This document shows positions 29,060 through 38,899 of a stretch of 64,000 nucleotides of DNA, piece by piece. Source of the DNA: a virus (taxonomy: Duplodnaviria; Caudoviricetes); the IMG/VR virus record IMGVR_UViG_3300005512_000001, positions 128,001 through 192,000 of that record; one strand, 5' to 3'. The notes under the pieces were generated by a model that worked only from the letters and a program-made list of their open reading frames with translations, did not search any database and had not been told where the DNA came from. How positions within the stretch are numbered: the first letter of the stretch is position 1; each line of letters opens with the position of its first letter. The position numbers and the translations under genes are program-made.

Positions 29060-30021
29060 GTATTGGCGTCTATTTGACTAGCCGAAATAATTACAATATG
29101 TTGGACCAATATTGGGCACCGAACTTGAGGCCATTTCTAACGCCAAATATGCGTGTGCTTAATATTGATGAGGATTCTAGCAAAGAAGAGAAACATAAGG
29201 GTCGGAAGATATGCAAGAAACACAATATAATATATATGGACCGAGAAGAAAAAGGCATGAGTTTTAATGCAGTGTCTGCATGTAACTTCTTCAATGCTGA
29301 CTGGCTAATTTGGTTCCAACACGACTGTTGGCCTATTACACCCGGTTTTTTTGAAAAGTTCGACGCAATGGTAGTTAGTGGTGCATTAGATAAATTTGGT
29401 GCGGTAGGTTTTAATACAGTTGCGGCTGATGTGGAAACTGATTATGACACAACTATTGTGGCAGCGAAGAAGGGAGAAAAACCACTTGCATTGATTGGCA
29501 GAAGTGGCCTTACACCATATAGATGGTACACAGGGCGTCCAATAAAGCGGAATGCAATGTTGCCGAAACCAAGAAGATGGCGCAAGCCATCGGCTGTAGA
29601 ATCAATCGCTTGGATGGCCATAGCCATTAATGTTAAGTTGTATCAGAAACATATCATACCAACAACAGATTTTCTGTTCTTCCATGCTTGGGATGATGTG
29701 TGTTATCAATTTTTGGCTAAAAACATATATAATGTAGCAATACCTAGCTTATATATAGACCATAGGCCAGGCTTGAAAGGCCAAGCTGGCTTGCCGAAGT
29801 CATCTACTAAAGTGGCTAAGAGAGGCATAGAAACTTATCATCCAGGTAAATGGACACATTTAAAAACATGGAAGAACAAATGGGGGTGGGATTGGCGTAA
29901 TCCGCAATCTTTCGCTAAAGTGGCTAAGAAGTATAGAAATACATTGCTGCATGAATTTTTTAATCATAATTTTGCTACTGGCCCATTAGCAACATTTGAT
30001 GTGCCTGGCGGCAGCATCTGA
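29056..30021 (+). CDS. GT2-like glycosyltransferase
   Basis: NIDEDS, WFQHDC, WDDVCY. Confidence 0.65.
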   Translation: MSIGVYLTSRNNYNMLDQYWAPNLRPFLTPNMRVLNIDEDSSKEEKHKGRKICKKHNIIYMDREEKGMSFNAVSACNFFNADWLIWFQHDCWPITPGFFEKFDAMVVSGALDKFGAVGFNTVAADVETDYDTTIVAAKKGEKPLALIGRSGLTPYRWYTGRPIKRNAMLPKPRRWRKPSAVESIAWMAIAINVKLYQKHIIPTTDFLFFHAWDDVCYQFLAKNIYNVAIPSLYIDHRPGLKGQAGLPKSSTKVAKRGIETYHPGKWTHLKTWKNKWGWDWRNPQSFAKVAKKYRNTLLHEFFNHNFATGPLATFDVPGGSI

Positions 30022-30032
30022 GGAGATATATC

Positions 30033-30740
30033 ATGATTAATGGTAAGAAGGTTTTAGCAATTACTTTGGCTAGGGGCGGGTCAAAGAGCATTCCACGTAA
30101 GAATATTATAGATATAAATGGCAAACCACTATTGCAATATACAACTGATGAGGTAGCCAAGAGTGCATATATAGATGATTATTATTTATCTACTGAAGAT
30201 TCTGAGATAATGTCAGTAGGACGCAATCTTGGTGTGCCTATAATTGAAAGGCCGACTGAATTAGCATCAGACACTGCTACTTCGTATGATGCAATAATGC
30301 ATGCTATAGACCATCTAGACGCGTGGGGTGTGTACGACTATATAGTAGAGGTGATGGTAACTAATCCATTGAAAACTGTTGATGATATTGATGCATGCAT
30401 CAGTAAATTGTATTCTAGTGGTGCTGATAGTGTCACATCTGTGGTAAGAATTTACGACCACCACCCATCACGTGTTAAATATATTCAACACGATAGGATG
30501 ATGAGTTTTTATCCGGAGCAGCCTGAATCTAGAAGACAAGATTTATTGCCGCCAGCATATGTGCGTAATGGATCGATTTATGCAATAACTTTGTTGGCTT
30601 TTAATAAGTATAAGTCTAGAGTAGGTGCTGATGCTGTTCCGTACATAATGCCGCAAGAAAGGACTGTTAATATTGATGAACCTGCTGATTTGAAATTAGC
30701 TGAGCTTCTAATTACTGGGTCCATGGCGTTTAGGAAATAA
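30033..30740 (+). CDS. neuA: CMP-N-acylneuraminate cytidylyltransferase
   Basis: LARGGSKSIPRKN, STED, RPTELASD, TNP, RRQDL, YVRNGSIY, NIDEPAD. Confidence 0.9.
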   Translation: MINGKKVLAITLARGGSKSIPRKNIIDINGKPLLQYTTDEVAKSAYIDDYYLSTEDSEIMSVGRNLGVPIIERPTELASDTATSYDAIMHAIDHLDAWGVYDYIVEVMVTNPLKTVDDIDACISKLYSSGADSVTSVVRIYDHHPSRVKYIQHDRMMSFYPEQPESRRQDLLPPAYVRNGSIYAITLLAFNKYKSRVGADAVPYIMPQERTVNIDEPADLKLAELLITGSMAFRK

Positions 30741-30741
30741 C

Positions 30742-31680
30742 ATGAAAATTTTATGTGTGACGCCGGTTAAACATATTGCTGGAGTTTGTGAAACTCTTAA
30801 TTCATATGGCGATGTCACATATGAAGAGGCTGCCAATAAATCTGAAGTGCAGGAATTATTACATCATAATTATGATGTCCTATATGTGAATCCCAATAAG
30901 ATGACATATAGAATAGATGATGATTTATTAGGCGATGCTTGCACTCTGCGTGCTGTTTGCACCGCATCAACCGGCACAAATCATATCGATAAGGATATGT
31001 GTAAAAGACGCGATATAAAAGTTCTATCTTTAACAACAGACTACGCTACGATAGAACGCATTAGTTCTACAGCAGAACATGCATTTTGTTTGATGATCTC
31101 ATTAGTTCGTAATTTACCAAGTGCATTCGCTGCAGCGCAACAGTTTAAGTGGGATTATACTAAATTTATAGGGCGGCAATTAAACCATCTGACTGCTGGA
31201 ATTGTTGGATATGGTAGACTTGGCAAAATGATGGCAGGATATTGTGAGGCATTTGGTATGGAGATTTTGGTCTGCGATCCATATAAAAATACTGATGGAT
31301 TCCCAAACTTAGAATTAAGTGAACTGTGTTCTAAAAGTGATGTTGTGTCTATGCATGTTCATTTAAACAATGAAACGACGGATATGATTAATCACCGTAT
31401 CATCAAAAAATGCAATGATGCATATTTGATTAACACATCACGCGGGGGTGTTGTCAATGAAGTTGATGTGGTGGATGGTCTGGAATCTGGCTACTTACAT
31501 GGGTATGCGACTGACGTAATAGGCGATGAACTAGGCAATGTCGCCCGTAGTATCTTGATTGAAAAATCTAAAGATTTAAATATCATAATAACACCACATA
31601 TCGGTGGGATGACCACGGAGGCGCAGGAAATCGCTTATAATAGTGCCGCAAATAAAATTGGAGATTTAATAGATGAGTAA
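30742..31680 (+). CDS. D-isomer-specific 2-hydroxyacid dehydrogenase
   Basis: TGTNHID, TAEHA, GIVGYGRLG, INTSRG, ATDV, ITPHIGG. Confidence 0.88.
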   Translation: MKILCVTPVKHIAGVCETLNSYGDVTYEEAANKSEVQELLHHNYDVLYVNPNKMTYRIDDDLLGDACTLRAVCTASTGTNHIDKDMCKRRDIKVLSLTTDYATIERISSTAEHAFCLMISLVRNLPSAFAAAQQFKWDYTKFIGRQLNHLTAGIVGYGRLGKMMAGYCEAFGMEILVCDPYKNTDGFPNLELSELCSKSDVVSMHVHLNNETTDMINHRIIKKCNDAYLINTSRGGVVNEVDVVDGLESGYLHGYATDVIGDELGNVARSILIEKSKDLNIIITPHIGGMTTEAQEIAYNSAANKIGDLIDE

Positions 31681-32263
31681 ACATTTGGATTATTGGCGAA
31701 AAAGGAATAAAGCTGGGTATCAGAGGCTAATTGCGACACAACCGTTTTTACATGAGAATTCAGAGGAATTGATTAAATTTCTTGATGAGAATAATATATT
31801 CTTTGATGGTATCTCGGTTTTCGAAATTGGTTGTGGGTGCGGGCGTAATTTGAAGTATATGGCAGATGCACAACCAACTGCTAGGCTTGCTGGTAATGAC
31901 CTTAGCAAAGCATTGTGTTTTAAGCATATGGCGAAAAACCTAAAAAAAGTAATAGATTTCCGCGAGATTGACACCAAATCATTATTTTCCGGCAAGCCAT
32001 ATCAATGTGATTTGCTAATATCGTCAGACCATATGATGCATTTAGACCCAGATACTGCACAGTTTGTATTGAGGGCAATATGTGATTCATGGAAACCTAA
32101 GTATTTTGTTACTAGGGAGTCAAAACGCGACCGCATCGTAAAAGGCAAGGCGATTAAATATGCGCACGATTATTCTGTGCTGAATACAACATATGATTTA
32201 GTTGCTGAGAAAGTAAGTGCACAAGATGATAGCTATAACATAAGGATATATCAAAAGAGATGA
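31673..32263 (+). CDS. class I SAM-dependent methyltransferase
   Basis: VFEIGCGCGRNL, GNDLS. Confidence 0.75.
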   Translation: MSKHLDYWRKRNKAGYQRLIATQPFLHENSEELIKFLDENNIFFDGISVFEIGCGCGRNLKYMADAQPTARLAGNDLSKALCFKHMAKNLKKVIDFREIDTKSLFSGKPYQCDLLISSDHMMHLDPDTAQFVLRAICDSWKPKYFVTRESKRDRIVKGKAIKYAHDYSVLNTTYDLVAEKVSAQDDSYNIRIYQKR

Positions 32264-33138
32264 GATATTGTTATGTAGCTTGTTTATCAAGGGGTGGATC
32301 AAATCTATTAGCAGCCCTGATGCACAACAATCCTGTTGTTTATGCCGTTGCTAAACGAGATTGGCGTAGATTTTATAAATCAAAAGTGCTTACACCAGGT
32401 ATATTAGGGCATGTTGCGAAAACTAAAAAATCTATATATTTTAGGGGTGGTTTTTACAAAAATCTTGACGACATAAACGTTTTTATGCTTGATAAGTTTT
32501 TAGAGAAGGGTTTCGGTTTTAAAATTCCGCCACATGATAATGTTGTTGGGTTGATTAGGAACCCGTTTGCTATTATTAATTCAATGAATAGGTATGGGCA
32601 CAAATACAAATTCAAACAATGGTGCATGACGCCCGCAAAGGTCTATCGTGTCATTAACAACCGATTTGTGTCTTTGATTAGATATTGTAATTCGCATCAA
32701 AATGCAAAATTATTCTGGTTTAATGATATTGTTACAGATACTAATGCTGTAATAAATGAGGTATCAGTATTTCTAGGTATTGAACCACACACACACATAA
32801 GCTTCTCCAAAACATTCAATGATAATGGTTGTGTGCATTGTGGCGGTGAATTTAGCACAGTAATGTCGGATTGTGCTGATGCCTCGAATGTATTGCTTGA
32901 ACGTGGCATGAAGTATCGGCCTAGTAACCATTTTTATTGCCCTAAATGCAAATTGCTTACACTTGGGTATGGTAGTTTTAATCCATGTAAAGAGATAAAA
33001 CAACCCGAAGGGTGGAGCCAAATACCAGATAATCTTAGGAAGGCTGTTAGGTCTGTGTTGATTAAGGAATTTGGCAAGAAAATCGCGACGCGATTTGAGA
33101 AAAATAATATAACAAAAGAAATCATAAGAGGTTTGTAA
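32260..33138 (+). CDS. sulfotransferase-like protein with Zn-finger insertion
   Basis: SRGGSNLL, LIRNPFAIINS; CVHC...CPKC. Confidence 0.55.
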   Translation: MRYCYVACLSRGGSNLLAALMHNNPVVYAVAKRDWRRFYKSKVLTPGILGHVAKTKKSIYFRGGFYKNLDDINVFMLDKFLEKGFGFKIPPHDNVVGLIRNPFAIINSMNRYGHKYKFKQWCMTPAKVYRVINNRFVSLIRYCNSHQNAKLFWFNDIVTDTNAVINEVSVFLGIEPHTHISFSKTFNDNGCVHCGGEFSTVMSDCADASNVLLERGMKYRPSNHFYCPKCKLLTLGYGSFNPCKEIKQPEGWSQIPDNLRKAVRSVLIKEFGKKIATRFEKNNITKEIIRGL

Positions 33139-33196
33139 TATCACATCGTATTTTAAGTATCAGACGCTATTTATATGGGCCAACTGATTTGCTCAC

Positions 33197-33360
33197 TTAG
33201 GCACATTCAGGGCATCCTTGACCATTAAGGTGTCCGTTTGGTTTTTGTGAGAATCCTCCGTGTTTAGTACAGATTTTGCTTTGGTCGATGTATTAAAACC
33301 ATATTGTTGTGAATTTTATTGGTTTTATTAATGAATTCCGCTGCTGGAAGCTTTTGCCAT
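33197..33360 (-). pseudogene. frameshifted remnant of a DUF723-type zinc-binding module of a homing endonuclease
   Basis: Minus strand encodes KLPAAEFINKTNKIHNN in one frame and KICTKHGGFSQKPNGHLNGQGCPECA* in another. Confidence 0.7.
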
Positions 33361-33406
33361 TATATGAACACCTGTGCTGTATTTATATTGAATAAATGAC
33401 GATACA

Positions 33407-34786
33407 ATGAAAATGCCCGTAAAAGAAATTAAAGCATGCATAAAATACACAGGCCCAACTGAGTTTGTTCACTTACATTGTCATACCGTCTATTCAACTC
33501 TAGATGGTGTGCAGACGCCGGAACAACTATTTGCTGCATGTGCTGAACGCGAATGGCCCGCTATTGCGATCACAGAGCATGGTGTGTTATCGTCTGTACC
33601 TGATAATTATTTTGCGGCGAAAGCGAATGGGGTTAAGTATATCGCAGCTTGTGAGATATACTTTAACGACTTTGAGCCATTAAGGCAAGAAATTATAGCT
33701 AATGGCGATACACTTAGTTCTATAAAACAGTCTGACCCTATGTTGCATTCTAGGATAGTTCGTAATCGGCATCTTACATTATTGGCTAAGAACATGACGG
33801 GCTTCAGTAACCTTATTAGGATGGTTACTGAAGCCCATAAATTTGGATTTTATGGCAGACCTAGAATATGGTTTGATAAACTACTTGAATATAAAGAGGG
33901 TCTGATAGTATTGTCTGGATGTTTAAATGGGCCAGTATCTCATGAGATTAGGCAAGATATATTACGGTCGGACAATGGGCGTGGTGCTATAGATTATGTG
34001 TTGAAATTTAGAGAGGCATTCGGAGATGATTATTATCTAGAATTACAAATGCCATGTCTTCCGGATGCTGATGCTAAAGATAAACCAGCGTTTTGGGTAT
34101 TAGACAAAATCTCTAAGAAGTTCAACATTCCATCTGTTTTGACTAATGATGCGCATTATTTAAACCGGGAAGATTTTCAAATCCAAAAACTAATGATGGC
34201 CATTAGTCAGAATTTGACAATAGATTCTCCTGATTTATTCCACGTCAATAGTGATGAACAATTCCTAAAAACTAGGGCTGAGCTATATGATACTTTCAAG
34301 CGGCATGGTTATGACAAACATACTGGCGATGACCGATTCGAAATCATGTGCGACAATACGTTGGCTGTGGCTGGTAAATGTGAATATTTCGAACCAGACC
34401 TAGAGCCGAAAATACCCACTGGCGACGGCGACCCCGTAAAATTGAAACAAATGGTTGTTCGAGAGCTTATGCGTCGTGGTTTGCATAAATGTGCTGATAA
34501 ATATGTTGTTGATAACCGCGAAGTTACATATTTTGAACAAGCTAAGATTGAACTCAATAGGTTCATAGAAAAGGGGTTCGCTAGTTATTTTTTAATTACC
34601 CGAGATTTGATACAGTTTAGTCTATCTAATGGATGGCCTATAGGGCCTAGAGGTAGTGTGGGTGGCTCGCTAGTATGTTATTTGCTTGGCATCACAGAAT
34701 TAGACCCATTGAAATGGGGGCTATCGTTTAATAGGTTTTTATCGCCATCGCGTGGTGGCTACATGTTAAATATAAAGGCTGAATAA
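33407..34786 (+). CDS. dnaE: DNA polymerase III alpha, N-terminal half (PHP domain to first palm segment)
   Basis: HLHCHTVYSTLDG, TEHG, HLTLLAKN, TNDAHY, GFASYF, GPRGSVGGSLVCYLLGITELDP, FNRFLSPSR; ends before PDID. Confidence 0.9.
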   Translation: MKMPVKEIKACIKYTGPTEFVHLHCHTVYSTLDGVQTPEQLFAACAEREWPAIAITEHGVLSSVPDNYFAAKANGVKYIAACEIYFNDFEPLRQEIIANGDTLSSIKQSDPMLHSRIVRNRHLTLLAKNMTGFSNLIRMVTEAHKFGFYGRPRIWFDKLLEYKEGLIVLSGCLNGPVSHEIRQDILRSDNGRGAIDYVLKFREAFGDDYYLELQMPCLPDADAKDKPAFWVLDKISKKFNIPSVLTNDAHYLNREDFQIQKLMMAISQNLTIDSPDLFHVNSDEQFLKTRAELYDTFKRHGYDKHTGDDRFEIMCDNTLAVAGKCEYFEPDLEPKIPTGDGDPVKLKQMVVRELMRRGLHKCADKYVVDNREVTYFEQAKIELNRFIEKGFASYFLITRDLIQFSLSNGWPIGPRGSVGGSLVCYLLGITELDPLKWGLSFNRFLSPSRGGYMLNIKAE

Positions 34787-35247
34787 TGTCTAAATTTACA
34801 AAATTAGCTGCTATGCTTAGGCGAGAATCAGAATATTCGCATTGGGCATATGCAAATGGGTCCGCTGTGTGGTCCAAGATTGTTAAATGGTTGGCGGAAA
34901 TTGAAAAATCATCTGAATTAGACTTTGATGAGTATCAATCAAAATCGCGGGCGACAGCCATTTACCCAAACTTAAATGACAATATTGCATATCCGGCTTT
35001 AGGATTGGCCGGTGAGTCTGGGGAAGTATGTGAGAAAGTCAAAAAGATTATTCGTGATAAAGATGGTGTTATTGATGATGATGATAGGTCAGAATTAGCG
35101 AAAGAGCTTGGGGATGTTTTATGGTACCTATCTAATATAGCATCTGAACTTAATATAAGCCTAGGTGGTGTGGCAAGAATAAATATTGATAAACTTGAAA
35201 GCAGAATGAAGCGTAATGCGCTTCATGGTGATGGTGATAATCGATGA
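34786..35247 (+). CDS. mazG: MazG-like nucleotide pyrophosphohydrolase
   Basis: LGLAGESGEVCEKVKK...KELGDVLWY...NIDKL. Confidence 0.85.
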   Translation: MSKFTKLAAMLRRESEYSHWAYANGSAVWSKIVKWLAEIEKSSELDFDEYQSKSRATAIYPNLNDNIAYPALGLAGESGEVCEKVKKIIRDKDGVIDDDDRSELAKELGDVLWYLSNIASELNISLGGVARINIDKLESRMKRNALHGDGDNR

Positions 35248-35621
35248 ACAATAAAAATCTTATAGAGCGTTATCCAGAGGCTATTAATGTTCTTAAGCGT
35301 AGTTTACGTATATTGACATCGTTAAAAGTGGAACTTGCCGCTGCGGCGATATCGATGAAATTGGTGGATGTATTAGACTGTCTAGTTAAGAAAGATTTCA
35401 AACAGTCACTTGATGATTTATGGGCATGCTCACTAGTTGTGCAGCGCATTTTGTATGATGCGTTTTCGGAGAAGATTGGGAAAGAGTCTGAGCGAGCTAT
35501 TGTTGCGAAGTGCGCTGCTGATGATGGGGAGTTTGAAAAAGCCGCTAGGCAATATATACTAGCAAACACAGAAATTACTAAATTAACTGGGTTTAGTTCT
35601 CTATTTTTGGATAAAAAATGA
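35244..35621 (+). CDS. hypothetical protein
   Basis: Coupled ORF. Confidence 0.6.
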   Translation: MNNKNLIERYPEAINVLKRSLRILTSLKVELAAAAISMKLVDVLDCLVKKDFKQSLDDLWACSLVVQRILYDAFSEKIGKESERAIVAKCAADDGEFEKAARQYILANTEITKLTGFSSLFLDKK

Positions 35622-35998
35622 GGTCGATAGCATACATAGTTACAGGACGCCCTAAGAATAGGGCTGATTGTTTAGATTACGCATTTAAGCGTAATCTAAT
35701 GTATATTTCTTATGAGCTACATGTTAGGGGTGTTGCTAACGAAGATTATGCATATAAAGAATTATATGCGACATTCGTATGGAGATTTGATAGCACAACG
35801 ATAGCATATGATGAGGTGTATGGGGCATGGTATTATCATGAAGATGATGAAAGGAAAGGGATTAGCATTGAAAATGCGAACCGCCGGTTAAAACATGCAG
35901 TTGACGTTATAAATAGCAGAATCGGAACTGATTTACAATATGACAAGCAGTTTGAGCATAGCTTAATTATTGATGGAGATAACGATGAGGCAAATTGA
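35618..35998 (+). CDS. hypothetical protein
   Basis: Coupled ORF. Confidence 0.6.
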   Translation: MRSIAYIVTGRPKNRADCLDYAFKRNLMYISYELHVRGVANEDYAYKELYATFVWRFDSTTIAYDEVYGAWYYHEDDERKGISIENANRRLKHAVDVINSRIGTDLQYDKQFEHSLIIDGDNDEAN

Positions 35999-36401
35999 AA
36001 TTTTTGCAGCAAGTAGTAGAGACAATCAAATGGCAAGTTATGGTGCAGTGCTGCATGATGCCACTTTAGATGAGAAGTTTGAGTCATCGCAAATAATTGG
36101 TGATTATTCAAGGAACCAAGCAGATTTGATTGCTATGGTAATGGCATTGCGATGTGTTAAGACTGAATTTAAAGATGCCGAGATCATATTACATAGTCCG
36201 CCAGCATATGCCTCGCAGGTGGTTGAGAGGAACGACGATAACAAGTGGGTTTCAAACTCAAAAGCGAATATAGATATTGTGCGAGAGGTCCGGGGTTTGA
36301 TTGAAGAGTTTCCCAATTTGATGATTAAAAAATCTAGCGCCAACGAGGCGGCATTCAAAAGATGCATTGAGATTGCTAAAATATGTCTAAACAACAAGTA
36401 A
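35985..36401 (+). CDS. RNase HI-fold protein, apparently catalytically degenerate
   Basis: YGAVL, SRNQADLIAMVMAL, W...KANIDIV align with RNase HI, but the DG and TDS acidic residues are missing. Confidence 0.55.
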   Translation: MRQIEIFAASSRDNQMASYGAVLHDATLDEKFESSQIIGDYSRNQADLIAMVMALRCVKTEFKDAEIILHSPPAYASQVVERNDDNKWVSNSKANIDIVREVRGLIEEFPNLMIKKSSANEAAFKRCIEIAKICLNNK

Positions 36402-38899
36402 GTTGGAGCAAATTAAAAAAGCTCGCCACTATGCTTGCTGAGAAAAGGAAGCTTGATGCTGAGTATGTACGTAGACTCAAATTCGAGATAAAGGAAATTG
36501 AAAAACAGGGTGCCAATACATATTGGACCGAGCAATTTAATGATGGCAATAAATACGATACCAATAAAAACGGATTAGTATTGCCATGGTTAATTGGACT
36601 CACCCCTGTTGACCCCTTGAAGTCTGAACATGAGATTATTAGGTCGACCGATTTGCCAGATATTGATGTTGATTGTTTACCGCAGGCAAGAGATAAGATT
36701 AAAGCATATGCGGCTGAAAAGTATGGCAAAGAATATGTATGTAGTGTTGGCACATGGTTGACATATAAGTTTCGGTCTGCACTTCAGGATGCCGCGAGAG
36801 GTCTTGGTAGTGATTTCCGAGACGCGATGATAGTAACAAAAACGCTGCCTGACGATATAGATGACTTAAAAGATGGTGGGTATGCAGCATGCTCTAATTG
36901 CGGCAATAAGCATAAGCGTGTGCAATGTCCGTCATGTGGTAGTGTCGATACTGAAGGCATCACTATTGGCCAGATGTTGGAAGAACATGAAACTTTAAAT
37001 GCATATTATACACAGAATCCTGATGTTGTTGATAAAGCGGTGCTGCTTGTTGGTAAAATTAGGGCTATGGGCAAGCATGCAGGTGGCGTGATTATAACGA
37101 ATCGTAAGCTCATGGGCAATGTGCCGATGGGAATCAGTAAAGGGTCCGATGGCGAAGCACAATGGACTAGTATGTGGACTGAAGGCCGGAATACTCAACT
37201 ATCCAAACTTGGATATGTAAAATGGGACTTGCTTGGGTTAAAGACACTTCAATATATTCATGATGCTTGTAAGTTAATAGAACAGACACGCGGTTATAAA
37301 TTCAATATTCTACCGTGGCAGGACAATGACCCGACAGCTAATTTGGTTGGTTGGTATTTAGATGATAATGGCGAGCGGCATGATGTACAGATGGACGACC
37401 CAGATGTTTTTAAGATGATAAATGATTTAAGGGTTGAAACGTTATTCCAATTCGAGACCGACGTGCAACGCAATGTGCTGTCTAATGGTGTGAGAAATTA
37501 TTATGATTTACAGGTTTTTAATGCTATGGGCCATCCTGGGCCGATTGCATTTATACCAGAGTATGTGGAACGCAGAGATGATAATAATCAGACCTGGAAG
37601 CGCTTAGAACATCCAGATATAGCTGCGGAATTGGAAGATACGCACGGCATTATTGTTTATCAAGAGCAATTGCAGAAGATATGGCAAAAATTTGCCGGAT
37701 TTACAGCCCCCGAGGCTGAAAAAGCTAGAAAAGCTGTAGCCAAAAAATGGCGCGAACAGCTTAAGGGTATAGAGGCACATTGGAAGACTGGTGCGGCTAA
37801 AACATTAGGTGTCAAATGGGCTGATATAATGTGGGACCGCATGATTAGTTTTGGTAGGTATGCCTTCAACTTAAGCCATAGCTGTGCTTATATTTTGGTG
37901 GCGTATTGGTGTGCATGGTTAAAAGCACATTTCCCGCCAGAGTGGTGGGCAGCGGTAATGAGCGGGTGCCATCCCGATCGAATACCGAAATATATGAACA
38001 CCGCCAGGCTAGAAGGAGTGAAATTCGGTGCTATAAGTGCAGAGGAGCTTACTAAAAACTTTTCTGTGGCACCGAATTTAGAAGTAACACCAGGTCTTAC
38101 GAGCATTAAAGGAATTGGTGCTAAAGCTGCTGTGAAATTAGAAGGCCGCCATGCATTTAAAGACATAGATGAATTTATTACGGTTGTAGGCAAGGACAAA
38201 CGGGTAATGGAGCCTCTTATTAAATTAGGGGCATTTTCAAAATATCATCAAAATCTAAAAGCAACATGGATGTGGTATCAATTCAAGTATTGTACAAGCA
38301 AAGCAATAACGGCGTTAAAGAAGGAAATTAAAGAAAAATTAGTCGCACACTGGACCCCGGAAGCGATTGAAAAGCAACGGAAGCTTTTTGTAGATGGTTT
38401 TAAAGCAGAATTTCCAAAACGCAAAGTTCCAGCGAAGACGCTAAATTGGAAGCCAAAACCAGACCCCACCCGGAAGAATGTGATGGCGTTGTTTGAGGAT
38501 GACTTCTCTTTGAAAGAGCGGTTGGATTTTGAAAGGCAGTATTTAGGATATTATTGGCACTCGCCATTAGACCTCTATGATATTGATGGGTTGACAATAC
38601 AATCTGTTAAAGAAGCGATTGGCAATAGAGGTAGGATTGAAGTAGTGGTTGAGAGTCTGACTATTGGTAAGACTAAAACCCAAAAGAGGATGGGTAGGCT
38701 GAAAGTAACAGATGGGTTAGCGGACTGTACGATTATCTTATGGGCCAACCAGTTAGAAGTGCTGGGGCCATATTTAAAAGAAGGTGTCGGCATACGATTA
38801 GATGTTAAGTATGACCCATCTAGAAATAGTTTTACGTTAGGGCAACGTGATACAGTGCCGATTTTGCTGAGGCCGAGGTCTGATGAAAAATCAGAATAA
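36383..38899 (+). CDS. dnaE: DNA polymerase III alpha, C-terminal half (catalytic palm, fingers, HhH, OB fold) with Zn-ribbon insertion
   Basis: LPDIDVD, GKHAGGVII, VKWDLLGL, LFQFE, THGIIVYQEQ, YAFNLSHSCAY, WLKAHFP, IKGIG, ERQYLGYY; CSNC..CPSC insert. Confidence 0.9.
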   Translation: MSKQQVSWSKLKKLATMLAEKRKLDAEYVRRLKFEIKEIEKQGANTYWTEQFNDGNKYDTNKNGLVLPWLIGLTPVDPLKSEHEIIRSTDLPDIDVDCLPQARDKIKAYAAEKYGKEYVCSVGTWLTYKFRSALQDAARGLGSDFRDAMIVTKTLPDDIDDLKDGGYAACSNCGNKHKRVQCPSCGSVDTEGITIGQMLEEHETLNAYYTQNPDVVDKAVLLVGKIRAMGKHAGGVIITNRKLMGNVPMGISKGSDGEAQWTSMWTEGRNTQLSKLGYVKWDLLGLKTLQYIHDACKLIEQTRGYKFNILPWQDNDPTANLVGWYLDDNGERHDVQMDDPDVFKMINDLRVETLFQFETDVQRNVLSNGVRNYYDLQVFNAMGHPGPIAFIPEYVERRDDNNQTWKRLEHPDIAAELEDTHGIIVYQEQLQKIWQKFAGFTAPEAEKARKAVAKKWREQLKGIEAHWKTGAAKTLGVKWADIMWDRMISFGRYAFNLSHSCAYILVAYWCAWLKAHFPPEWWAAVMSGCHPDRIPKYMNTARLEGVKFGAISAEELTKNFSVAPNLEVTPGLTSIKGIGAKAAVKLEGRHAFKDIDEFITVVGKDKRVMEPLIKLGAFSKYHQNLKATWMWYQFKYCTSKAITALKKEIKEKLVAHWTPEAIEKQRKLFVDGFKAEFPKRKVPAKTLNWKPKPDPTRKNVMALFEDDFSLKERLDFERQYLGYYWHSPLDLYDIDGLTIQSVKEAIGNRGRIEVVVESLTIGKTKTQKRMGRLKVTDGLADCTIILWANQLEVLGPYLKEGVGIRLDVKYDPSRNSFTLGQRDTVPILLRPRSDEKSE

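Noticed and set aside
16134-33138. bacterial capsule/O-antigen locus implying a cellular contig
   Set aside because: No export or polymerase genes, mixed orientation, and flanked by T4-like gp32, gp41 and UvsY genes
34700-36450. split intein or intron joining the dnaE halves
   Set aside because: No N-intein C/S start block or HN|C/S/T end; the interval holds four normally coupled genes
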